The position numbers were made by a program, and so were the translations under genes. Source: a virus (Duplodnaviria; Caudoviricetes). Taken from it: a DNA stretch of 54,672 nt. The stretch lies in IMG/VR virus record IMGVR_UViG_3300046780_001084, positions 1 to 54,672 of that record; one strand, given 5' to 3'. Below, piece by piece: positions 8,566 through 19,100 of the stretch (position 1 is the first letter of the stretch; each line of letters starts with the position of its first letter). The notes below the pieces were generated by a model that made no database searches, had not been told where the DNA came from, and saw nothing but the letters and a program-made list of their open reading frames with translations.

Positions 8566-9704
8566 CAGTTCACGTAGTCCGCGATGTGGACGTCCGGCAC
8601 CAGCTCAATCTGGACGCGGGCGCGGTCGGCGTCCGAGTAGTTGCCGGGGATCAAGTGGGCGTACCGCTCGGTCACCGTGACCGAGGAGTGACCCATCATT
8701 TCGCGCAGGGTCTCCAGGGTGCCTCCGTTGAGCACCCACTGCGAGGCGAAGGTGTGGCGGGTCGCCTCGTACCAGCGCATCGAGGGCAGCTCCAGTTCCG
8801 TCAGCGCCTGCGCGTACAGCTCGCCCATGCGGTGGTCGCTGAGCACGGTCTTGCCGTCGAACGAGCAAACCAGACCGTCGCGCACGTCCGGGTAGAAGAC
8901 CGGCATCTTGCCGCGCAGGAACCAGTAGAGCGAGTCCGAGATCGGGACCAGCCGGGACTCGCCGTCCTTCAGCTTCCGGAAGCCGGTGCCGTGGCGCGCG
9001 GTCTGCTGGCGCACGTGGATGAGCCGGCCTTCCAGATCGACGTCCGCCCAGCGCAGCGCGCGGACCTCGCCCGTGCGGAGCCCGGCCAGCGCACCTACAA
9101 TGTAGGCAAGAGCAACCCAGCCGTCGTAGGTGGCGAGCTTGTCGTGGATGCGGACGATGTCCCGCGGGTCCCGCAGGAACGGAGTCTTCTTCCAGTCCGT
9201 GTTCGGCGTCAGCTCGTTCCGTCGGGTCTTCCGCGACAGCATCTTGACCGGGTTGACGACTGCCACGCCATCCTCCACCAGGTCGCCGTAGAACGACGAC
9301 AGCAAGGCGATCTGGAGCCCGACGGTACCAGGGGCCAGACCCTTGGTGCGCAGGTCCTGGATGAGGCGCTTGAGCACGGGGACGGTCACCTCGTCGGGGG
9401 TCAGGTGGGCGACCGCGGGCGCCAGGTGGTTCTTCCACCGGTTGCGCTCGTCGTAGTTGGAGGCCATCCCGGCCCGGGAGTCGAGCCAGGTCTGGGCCAG
9501 CTCCCCGAGCGAGTTCGAGGCCTTCTTTTCTTGGGGTACCTCCAAGCCGGCGTTGGCGCGCGCGAGGAAGGCTTGGACCTCCGCCAAGTCGACGGTCTTG
9601 GTGCCGCGGGTGCCGTTCGGGTTGGTCCACTGGACCTGGGCGCGGCCGGCCCGGAGACGGACCGATCCAGTTCCGTGTGGCCGCTTACGCTTTTTCCTGG
9701 CCAC
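8565..9704 (-). CDS. int: Tyrosine recombinase / integrase
   Basis: AGLRTGEVRALRWADVD, RHTFAS, MMGHSSVTVTERYAH (R, R, H, Y catalytic residues); N-terminal arm-binding-like region. Confidence 0.95.
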   Translation of the reverse strand: MARKKRKRPHGTGSVRLRAGRAQVQWTNPNGTRGTKTVDLAEVQAFLARANAGLEVPQEKKASNSLGELAQTWLDSRAGMASNYDERNRWKNHLAPAVAHLTPDEVTVPVLKRLIQDLRTKGLAPGTVGLQIALLSSFYGDLVEDGVAVVNPVKMLSRKTRRNELTPNTDWKKTPFLRDPRDIVRIHDKLATYDGWVALAYIVGALAGLRTGEVRALRWADVDLEGRLIHVRQQTARHGTGFRKLKDGESRLVPISDSLYWFLRGKMPVFYPDVRDGLVCSFDGKTVLSDHRMGELYAQALTELELPSMRWYEATRHTFASQWVLNGGTLETLREMMGHSSVTVTERYAHLIPGNYSDADRARVQIELVPDVHIADYVN

Positions 9705-9861
9705 GAAGCTCCTCCTGGACGGCGTCGTAGGCCGCCTCGGCCTGGGCGCGGGTGGTGACGATGTTCTCGCGCGCCTGGGTGGCGATGATGACGTCGACGA
9801 ACAGCTCCCGCCGCAGCGCGGGGGTGCTCAAGATCCGAAGGAGGTCAACTCGGCGGCCCAT
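9685..9861 (-). CDS. Small hypothetical protein upstream of integrase
   Basis: ATG 9861, 58 aa MGRRVDLLRILSTPALRRELFVDVIIATQARE. Confidence 0.65.
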   Translation of the reverse strand: MGRRVDLLRILSTPALRRELFVDVIIATQARENIVTTRAQAEAAYDAVQEELRGQEKA

Positions 9862-9869
9862 TTCAGACC

Positions 9870-9898
9870 AGCCTACCACCCGAACCCGCAGATGTCCA
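9870..9898 (-). promoter_or_regulatory. Sigma70-type promoter TGGACA-17-TAGGCT
   Basis: -10 ends 8 nt before ATG 9861, same geometry as the 1376-1404 promoter. Confidence 0.55.
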
Positions 9899-9986
9899 GC
9901 CTTTTGTTTCGTCCGGCCCCGAATCTTCCCGGTAGCAACCCGGGTTTTCTGGGACCGCGCCCTAGTATACGGAAGGAACCTCACAC

Positions 9987-10538
9987 ATGGCATTTTCAAA
10001 GAACTGGAAGCAGTGGATCGTCTCGAAGGGTGAGCCCTTCCAGATCGAGTACTTGGACCGCAAGTTTCGCGGTCGCTCGCGCGTCGTCTTCAAGATCGAC
10101 GACACGACCGGCCTCCTGACCGTCAACGGCAAGGAACTGGTCGGCACGCAGAACATCGTGGGCGACCTGTCGACCACGGGCAACGCGGACTTCGGCGGCA
10201 ACCTCGGCGTCGACGGCAACCTCGTCCTCGACGGCAACGAGACTGTCGGTGGCACCCTCGGTGTCACTGGCGTCGCGACCTTCGCGGGCGTGACCCACCT
10301 CCCCGCAGCCACGATCAAGACCAAGATCGTCGCGGGCGCAGACGCCTCGGTCACCCCGGTCCAGACCACGTTTGCCGGCGCTGTCATCGGCAACAAGGTC
10401 GTGTCGGTCATCGACCTGAACAACGACGCCGACGTCTCCGCCGACTTCGAGGCCACCATCTCGGTCACCGGCAAGATCGTCCAGACCACCACGGACCTGT
10501 CGGCCGTGACGCACATCCTCGTCCAGCTCCTGAGCTAA
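9987..10538 (+). CDS. Putative virion structural protein
   Basis: 183 aa, GGAAGGA RBS, short G-x-L-x-V beta repeats; first gene of the plus-strand block. Confidence 0.8.
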   Translation: MAFSKNWKQWIVSKGEPFQIEYLDRKFRGRSRVVFKIDDTTGLLTVNGKELVGTQNIVGDLSTTGNADFGGNLGVDGNLVLDGNETVGGTLGVTGVATFAGVTHLPAATIKTKIVAGADASVTPVQTTFAGAVIGNKVVSVIDLNNDADVSADFEATISVTGKIVQTTTDLSAVTHILVQLLS

Positions 10539-10562
10539 GACCTCCTCCCTTAGCTTACACCG

Positions 10563-10597
10563 AGCCTCGCACCCCAAAAGGGTCGCGGGGCTTTCGT
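10563..10597 (+). terminator. Probable intrinsic terminator hairpin
   Basis: agcctcgc-accc/gggt-gcggggct stem followed by ttcgtgt, just after stop 10538. Confidence 0.55.
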
Positions 10598-10608
10598 GTA
10601 TCTGGCGG

Positions 10609-10615
10609 CAATCTT
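10609..10615 (+). promoter_or_regulatory. Putative late promoter motif CAATCTT (also 13152, 19957, 23669, 30208, 33380, 34698; TAATCTT 29942; GAATCTT 9921; minus strand 53541)
   Basis: AT-rich heptamer 6-11 nt before start codons of structural genes in a GC-rich genome. Confidence 0.75.
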
Positions 10616-10621
10616 TGAAGC

Positions 10622-13135
10622 ATGCCGTTCGAGCCAGGGGTCCTCTCATCCGCGCTCTCCGCGGGGGACTGGGCCCTCGCCAACAAACCTGCGCCCGCGC
10701 AGACCACCGACAAGACCTGGTTCCGCAACGAGGCCGTCACGGGCGGGAACTGGAATCAGCTCTTCCCGTACCAGCTGATCATCGTCGAGCAGACCGGTGA
10801 CGGCCGCTACACGCGCCCCCAGCCGGGCCTCACGATGGGCGGCCAGTCGGCGTTCCAGTACACGCTGCCGATGCCTCCGGAGTCGTTTCAGATCTCGATG
10901 CCGTTCGCCATCAACAACTCGGTGACGCTCGGCGGCCACATCGAAGAGCACAACGGCGCGCCGACACGCATGATCACGATGACCGGCACCACGGGTGTGT
11001 TCGCCGGCCGCGGGCAGGCCATCCAGCCGCAGGCCTTCCAGTGGCGCGACGCCGTGTTCGCCGGCACCGTCACGGCAGCTCGCGCTACCGCCACGGCCGC
11101 CAAGAGCATCGTCAACCCGAAGTTCACCGACAACACGGTCCCGCAAAGTGATTTCAACGGCACGACCGAGGGCTCCGGGGCGCTGACGGGCTGGTACCAG
11201 TTCCGCTTGCTCCAGCTCTTCTTCGAGTCGTACGTCGAGATGAAGAAGAACAAGGAGAAGCGCAACACCCGCCTCGCGCTCGCGACGTGGAAGGACGAGG
11301 CCGTGTACCTCGTCTCGCCGATGCAATTCGTCGTCGACAAAAACTCCGGCTCGCCTCTGGAGTACCACTACAACCTCACCTTCAAGGCGTACAAGCGCGT
11401 GAAGCTCGACCGCGGCCTCGCCGACAAGGTGAAGCCGTACCGCCCCATCGACGTCAGCCCCGGGGCATTGTCGAAGACGCTCAACACCCTCACGGCTGCG
11501 CGTCTGGTGCTCCAAGGCGCGAAGAAGACACTGATGGCCGTCGGTGGCGACGTGGATCGAACCATCTTCGAGCCGATCCGCCAGCTCACTCTACTTTGCA
11601 AGGACACGCTGTCGCTGCCGCTGTCTGTCTCCGACCTCTCCGACTCCATCGCGCAGAACACGAAGACCGCGGTCCTTCAGATCGTATCGGTCCGCAAGGA
11701 CAAGGACGACTGGTTGCAGAACGTGAAGCGCGTGGGCCGCCACGTCTCCGCCAACGCCCAGGCCATCCACGACGCCATCAAGTCCCTCGGCACCGAGAAG
11801 GCCGACAACACGGACGTCAGTACGATCTCACAGGCTCTCGTCGACTCGCACCCGGCCAACTCCGCGTTCGACAAGCCCAGCGACAACTACGACTACTTCT
11901 CCAACGTCCCCGTCGGTGATTTGAAGCTCTCGCCGTCGATGCAGAACGCCATCGCGGCCGAGCGTCGCCGCGTGCACAACCTCACCCGCCTCGACTACCA
12001 GAATATGGCGAACGGGATCCAGTCGTCGGCAGACGCGTACGCTGCCGCCATCGGCGCCGGCCACCCGACGTACAACGCCATCTACGGCCTCCAGGCCCCG
12101 ACGTCCACGATCATCGACAACCCCACGGACGACGATTTCAACACGCTCTTCTACCTGAACCAGCTGGCATTGGAGATGCGTCGTTTCGCGGTCGCGAACA
12201 CCGACGACGCGAAGCTCACCTCCATCGCAGCGGTGGCTGGTCTTGCCACCCGCTCGGGCATCGCCTTCACCCAGCCGCGCTCGAAGTTCGCGGTGCCGTT
12301 CCCGTACGGCGGATCGCTGGAGCAGCTCGCGTTCCAGTACCTCAAAGATCCTGACCGCTGGATCGAAATCGCGTCGCTCAACGGCCTCCAGACTCCGTAC
12401 GTCGACGAGGTGGGCTTCCAGCTCACGCTGCTCGTCAACGGCGCGAACAACACGCTGTTCGTGTCGAGCGCCGACCACCTCTTCGTCGGACAGCCAGTGT
12501 TCATCAGCTCTGACACCACGGTTCGCACTCCCCGCACCATCACCAAGATCGACATCCTGGCGCTCAACCAGGTCCTCGTCACCGTGGATGGCGAGGCGAA
12601 CATGGACCAGTTCATCACCCTGGCGCACGCGAAGCTGGAGGCCTTCCTCCCGAACACCGTCAACAGCCAGCAGGTCATCTACATCCCGTCCGACTTGGCA
12701 CCGAAGGACCGAGACTTCACCACCAAGAGCATCCCGGGCGTCGATGAGCACGACAGCTTCATCGCTGTCGGCGGCGTCGATCTGCTCCTGACCCCCGCCA
12801 ACGACCTCGTCATCACCCCCGACGGCGACAGCCGCTGGTCGGTGGGGTTGACCAACATCATCCAGAAGGTCCGCCTCGCGATGTCGACCGTCCAAGGCAC
12901 GCTCAGCCGCCATCCGGACTACGGCCTCCCCATCGAGGTTGGCATGAGTCTCGCGGACTTGAACGCGGCGCAGATCGTGCGCGCGGTCGAGGGCATGTTC
13001 GCTGGCGACCCGACGTTCACGGACATCAAAGCCGCGCACATCGACGTCACCGGTCCGCTCGCCGCGCTGAACATCGCTGTCGAGGTGGCCGGCGTCAGCC
13101 AGATCATCCCGATTTCAGCGCAAGTCGCGCCGTAA
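10622..13135 (+). CDS. Baseplate protein with LysM-like and C-terminal gp25-like domains
   Basis: GSLEQLAFQYLKDPDRWIEIASLNGL (LysM-like); NIIQKVRLAMSTVQGTLSRHPDYGL (gp25/W-like); precedes baseplate J. Confidence 0.8.
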   Translation: MPFEPGVLSSALSAGDWALANKPAPAQTTDKTWFRNEAVTGGNWNQLFPYQLIIVEQTGDGRYTRPQPGLTMGGQSAFQYTLPMPPESFQISMPFAINNSVTLGGHIEEHNGAPTRMITMTGTTGVFAGRGQAIQPQAFQWRDAVFAGTVTAARATATAAKSIVNPKFTDNTVPQSDFNGTTEGSGALTGWYQFRLLQLFFESYVEMKKNKEKRNTRLALATWKDEAVYLVSPMQFVVDKNSGSPLEYHYNLTFKAYKRVKLDRGLADKVKPYRPIDVSPGALSKTLNTLTAARLVLQGAKKTLMAVGGDVDRTIFEPIRQLTLLCKDTLSLPLSVSDLSDSIAQNTKTAVLQIVSVRKDKDDWLQNVKRVGRHVSANAQAIHDAIKSLGTEKADNTDVSTISQALVDSHPANSAFDKPSDNYDYFSNVPVGDLKLSPSMQNAIAAERRRVHNLTRLDYQNMANGIQSSADAYAAAIGAGHPTYNAIYGLQAPTSTIIDNPTDDDFNTLFYLNQLALEMRRFAVANTDDAKLTSIAAVAGLATRSGIAFTQPRSKFAVPFPYGGSLEQLAFQYLKDPDRWIEIASLNGLQTPYVDEVGFQLTLLVNGANNTLFVSSADHLFVGQPVFISSDTTVRTPRTITKIDILALNQVLVTVDGEANMDQFITLAHAKLEAFLPNTVNSQQVIYIPSDLAPKDRDFTTKSIPGVDEHDSFIAVGGVDLLLTPANDLVITPDGDSRWSVGLTNIIQKVRLAMSTVQGTLSRHPDYGLPIEVGMSLADLNAAQIVRAVEGMFAGDPTFTDIKAAHIDVTGPLAALNIAVEVAGVSQIIPISAQVAP

Positions 13136-13168
13136 CAAGCACTTACGACCACAATCTTCTGGGGGACC

Positions 13169-16100
13169 ATGGCTGACACGCCCACTCCGCGCTCGTACCC
13201 GCAGACCCTCGGCGATATGTTCGATGCCTTCCTGTCGAAGCAGGGCATCCGGTCGCTGCGTGTCGGTGGTCCGATCGTGTCCTTGCTCGAAGCCGCCGCC
13301 CAGAGCGACATGCGGAACGCGCAGGACATCTTCAACCTGCTGACGAGCGCGGACCTCGACAACGCCACCGGCCTCGCGCTCTCGCGCATCGGCCGCGCCG
13401 AAGGCATCCCCAAGCTGGAGATCACGCCGTCCGCGGGCGTCGTGACCCTCTCGGACACGAGCTTCACCAAGAAGGCGACGAGGCTGTTCCAGGGCGCGCC
13501 GGCTCCGATCGTGGGCACGGGCGTCGTGACCCCCATCAACGTCGTCGACGCCAGCTCCTTCCCGGCGCCTGGCCCGACCACCAAGATCTACATCGGCCGC
13601 GGCACGAACAACTACGAAGGCCCCATCCGCTACACGGCTATCGTCAACGCCGGAAACCACTGGGAGATCACACTCGCCACTGCGACGACGAGGTTCCACA
13701 ACACGACCGAGACGGTCATCCTCGCCCAGGGCGACAACCGCACCATCGGCCCCAACACGGTCGTGCGCACGCCGCAGGCGAGCGTGGCGAGCGCCATCGA
13801 CTTCCGCACGCTGTACTCGGTGACCCTGCCCGACGGTGAGACTGAGGTCTCGAACATCCAGGTCGTGGCCCAGCTCGGGGGATTGATCGGAAACGTCATC
13901 GCGGGCGCCATCAGCGAGTTCTCGACCGCGCCCTTCAACGGCGCGAAGGTGTCCAACACGCGTCCGTTCACCAACGGGCGTGAGACGGAGTCGGACGACG
14001 ACTACCGCGAGCGCATCCGCAACGTGCGCGCGAGCCGCCAGCTCGGCACGGCGCTTGCGATCACGACCGCGGTCACCGGCATCACCGCCTTCGACGAGAA
14101 CAAGCGCATCAACTCCGCCAGCCTCGTGAAGCGCTTCGGCTTCCCGGCCACGCTCTACATCGACGATGGCACCGGCTACGAGGAGCGCACTTCCGCTGTC
14201 GCCGTCGAGAGTCTGATCGATGACGCCACGGGCGGCGAGACCCACTTCGAGACCACCCAGCGCCCGATCGCTCGTGCGTTCGCCATCACCACCAACGTCG
14301 CCCCGTTCGTGCTCCGCTCGACCGACCAGCTCTCGGTCAAGGTCGGTGGCACGACCTACACGCACTCGTTCAACGCGGACGACTTCCACTCGATCTCCAA
14401 CGCCAGCGCGTTCGAGGTCGTGGCGTCGATCAACTCGAACCCGGACATCGCCTTCGTCGCTCGCACCGCAGAACAAGGATCCAAGGTCGTTGTGTTCGCG
14501 AACGCGGACACCAACGAGGATGTCGAGATCATCGAGAACCAGGGTGGGACCAACGCCAACGCCGGCCTCGCGTTCCCAGCCGGCGTGAACTACACGATGC
14601 GCCTCTACAAGAACGACCGCCTGCTCGTGAAGGACGGCGTCATCGCTGTGCTCCGCAGCCAGCCGTTCGCAACGTGGAACACCGTCTCGGGACCGCAGAC
14701 CCTCACCGTCGCTGTCGACAGCACGCCCTCGATCACGTACACGTTCGAGGACCAAGATTTCATCGATGCCAACACCGGCTACGCAACTCTTGGCCGGAAC
14801 TCACCCGCGGCCTGGGCTGCGGTGGTTAATGCCAAGATCCCGGGTCTCACCGCAACGGTGGACGCGGGCAAGCTCGTGCTCACCTCCAACGCCGGCCCCG
14901 TGTCACGGGCTGCGGTGGAGATCTCGGGTGGTTCCCTGGTGGCGGCGCACTTCTTCGAGAGTGGTGTCGCCCTGGGCGCTCGCCGTGACTACGTCCTCGA
15001 CCGCAACGAGGCCCAGATCGTTCTCAGCCAGATCTTGGAGGCGGGTGACCGTCTCACTGCCGGCTCGTTCGCGACCCGCGCTTTCGTCGAGTCCGAGGAC
15101 ATGACGACGGTCTCCCTTGCCAGCGACGCCCACCTCTGGTGGCTGGTCGATGGGACCGCCAACATCATCGAGCACGGAGTGACCCCCACCACCAGCCTGG
15201 ACATCGCGGTCGCAAAGACCGAGGACTTCGGGAATTTGGTGACCATCACCGCCGGCTCGGCCGTGTTCGCGAACGTCCAGCCCCAGGACTGGATGATCCT
15301 CTGGGACAGCTCCGTTCCCACCACCCTCCGCGGCGTGCACCGTGTGGCCGACGCGAACTCGACCACGGTCACGATCGAACGCCACACCTCGCTCACCTCG
15401 CGCTACGGCCACCGCTCGGTCCGCATCCCGGGCATCGGAACCGCCATCGGCCAGATCTTCACTTGCGGTGGCGCCATCAAGCCGCGCAGCACCATCGCTT
15501 TGACCGACGTCCCTGACGGCGTCATCGGAACCGCCGAGCTGTACGACCCCAACACCAAGATCACCACCCCCGCCGCGCCGATGAACACCTCGCGCGCCTT
15601 CCACACGGCGACAGTGTTGGCAAACGGCAAGGTGGTCGTGGTCGGCGGCGTGAACGGGTTCGGCGTCCACACGGGATCTATCGAGACGTACGACCCCGTC
15701 GCCGACACCTGGACGACCTCGGCCGTGTCCACCACGACCCAGCGCAAGAACCACACGGCCACGCTGCTCACCGACGGTCGTATTTTGATCGCGGGCGGCG
15801 ACAACGGCGGCGCGGCGAACGACAAGTTCCAAGTCTACGACCCCTCGGGCGACACCATCACCGTCGAGGGTACGATGGTGAAAGCCCGTTCGCACCACTG
15901 CGCAGTGAAGCTGCCGGACGACACGGTGCTGATCGCGGGCGGCTACGATGCCGGCGGAGTCGACCTCGTGGACGCCGAACGCTTCACGCCGGGTCCCGAC
16001 ACTACCGTTGCAACGGGCAGCATGAGCGTCCCCCGTTCGTGCTTCGGCATGTCCGACGTCGAGGTGACCCCGACGAAGGTGATTGCAGCCGGCGGCAAGC

Positions 16101-19100
16101 TGGGCGGCATCGGCGCAGACAGCTGGGAGCTGTACGACATCGCTGGCGGCACCTGGGGCGGCGGGAGCACGATGTTCGTCAACTTCGAGCACAAGCCTCT
16201 CATCAAGCTCAAGAACGGCCACGTCGTCGGCCTCAACGCCTATACCAGCGACAACCCTCCGGAGTACGCCGCGTTCACCTACGACGGCACCACGTTCACC
16301 GAGCTGCACACGCCGATCCCGCCGTCGTGCATCGATCAGAACAACCCGCGCTGGGACAGCGAGTACGTCGAGCTTCTCTCAGGCGACGGCACGACCGTCA
16401 AGAACCAGGTCGCCAGCATCGGCGGCTCCTTCGTCCTGGGCGGATCGTTCGGCTACCAGGCCTCGTCGGTGCTGAACGTCTACGACGAGCCCGGCAACAC
16501 CTGGAACGCTCCCGAACCGGCCGCGACCACCAACCTGCTCCTGGGCGACGCCGGCATCGCCTTCGTTCGCTCGGACGCATTCGTGCAGGACACCCTGATC
16601 CCGAGCGGTGGCAGCTACACCGCCAACTCGCTCGCAGACGCGTTCAATGCCGACCTGGTCGGCGCAACGGCGTCCGTCTACAAAACCACCAAGCTCCGCG
16701 TCAACACCAACACCTTCGACGATACGGGCGACATCGCCATGGTCACCCGCGACGTGACCGCCGAAGCGATCCTGCTCGACCCGGCGCCGGCCACCGAGAA
16801 CCTGGTCCCGCACCTCGGAGCGGTGATGAGCGCCAACAGCGACCTCGGCACCCCGTCCTTCGAGGACGTGCGCGTGGTCAGTCAAGAGGCGGGGGTGCCG
16901 CACGCCAAGCCGGTCGTCACCAGCACCGTCATCGGACACGACTACGCCATCGTCGGCCTCAAGAACCTGGCCCGCGGCACCGACGGCGGCAGCCCGTTCA
17001 GCCTCGGTGTTCCCTTCACGAACCTGCGCGCCAACAGCAACTTCAAGTTCGCCACCCGCCTGAAGACTCGCGTGGTCGACGGAAACCTCGTCTCCACCCT
17101 CGAAACCCGCGATGCTCCGCCCCAGGTCTGGGGACCGTGGGACCGCGTTGTCGCTGCGGCTCCGTTCGCAATCAGCCCGAACGGAAACCTGGACGTTCTC
17201 GTCGACAACGACAACGACAAGCGCTACCCGATCAATCTGTGGCGCACGCTCCAGACCGTCGGATCTACGTACGGTTCGTCGAACGACTTCCGTGACGGCG
17301 ACGACGCTGGTGCAAGCCTGGCCGCCACTTTCGGTCTCGACTACGACTTCAACGACATGGCCGTCTACATGGCGTCGCGCGCGGTGGCCTTCCCGGCCGA
17401 CGCCGCTCGCCGCATGGTCTTCCGCTACTTCCGCCTCGGCCCCGATGGCGACGGCGTGCGTCTGCGCTTCGGCAATCCCGACGCCCCCAGCACCAATCTG
17501 AAGGTCGCCACCTTCATGGACGACGGCAATCTGACCAACGTCACGATCAAGCTGAAGTCCGGAGCACCCCGCACCCCCACGATCCACAACACGACCCGTG
17601 TCGGACAAGGTATCACCGCGATCACGGCTGGCGGCACCGCTACGTTCGTCGAGGTGCTGAACCTCGCCATCTCGTCGGCGTCGCGTACCACGAGCGTCGT
17701 CACCGCGACCGTGACTCTGCCGGCCGGCATCACCGACCACGGCTTCGCCATCAACGACCGCGTCTGGGTGCAGTCGACCGACGTGAACTTCTCGTCGGGT
17801 CTGAAGTCGATCTCGGGCGTCACCGCGACCACCTTCGACTACTCCGAGTCCGCGGGTGACATCGGCGCCACCGCCAACATCGGCACGGTTTCGTTCGACG
17901 GCCAGGGCGAGTCCTCGTTCACGGGCTCGGGCACGGTCGCGCTGGACTTCTACCGCCTCAACGACCCGACGAATCTCGTCTCCTACGGGAACGCCACGTT
18001 CCAGGTCAGCTCGGTTCCCGCGGGCGGTCACCACATCTACGTCCTTTCAGGCGATCAAATCGACGGCGCCAGCCAGTTCGTGGCCACCACGCTCACGTGG
18101 GTCCCCATCGTCAGCACCGCCTACCTCCAGGTCTTCGCGAACAGCCCGCAGACGGCCGGCGCCATCGCCACCGCCATCCAGGCTCTGCGCGACGCGAGCG
18201 GCTCGACCAATCCGATCTCGGCGAAGGAGACGGGCACGGGCCTTAACAACATCTCCCAGAACACCTGCGACGAGCTGGACGCATCCGAGTTCTGGTACGT
18301 CCTGCACGACGGCGTGAACTGGGTCAAGACCACCACGCTGCCGCTACTCATCTCGGACGACTACACTCTGGAGTTCAAGGCCCCCATCACGGGAGCGTTG
18401 GCCACCAACTCCGACTGGGAGAACGAAGAAGTCCGCATCGTACCCATCACGACCAAGAACATCGTGGACTGGCTGAACACGCCGACGGTGACGGGTCTGT
18501 GGACCGTGGCTGATATCGAAGCTGCCGGCGCGGGACACCACGTCCAGCTCTCGACCCTGACCGCAGGCTCGGATGGCGGCGTCAAGGTTCAGGGCGGGCT
18601 CGCGAACAGCGTCACCGCTCCGATCGTGGGCTCGCCTGTTTTGACGGGTGGCTCGTCGGCTGTCTCGACCGTTGCACTGCTCGACGCTGACGGCTTCACG
18701 AGCGGCATGTGGTTCCGCATCCAGAACGAGAACCAGCTCCCGAAGCCGACCATCATCGCTCCGGGTCTCGTTCTCAACTCCTGGGACTCCGCGGGCTTGA
18801 TGACCTTCGCTTCCCCGATCTACACCCAGAATGCTGGTCCCAGCCAGCTCCGTGTCCAGTTCGAGCGCCAGGGTCGATTCGTGGCGATCTCCGACACCGG
18901 CTCGACGGATGCCCCTTTCTTCGGATCCATTCCCCACGGGTCCTGGTTGCGCGTCTCTCCGGCGACCTCACCGACCATCGGCCAGGTCCAGGCCGCGAAC
19001 CAGGGCATCTTCCGCATCCTCCGCTCCACGGCGGGCGTCGGCGGAACCTCGGGCACGATCTACATCGAGAACCCGATCTGCGTCGAGGAAATCTCGGAGT

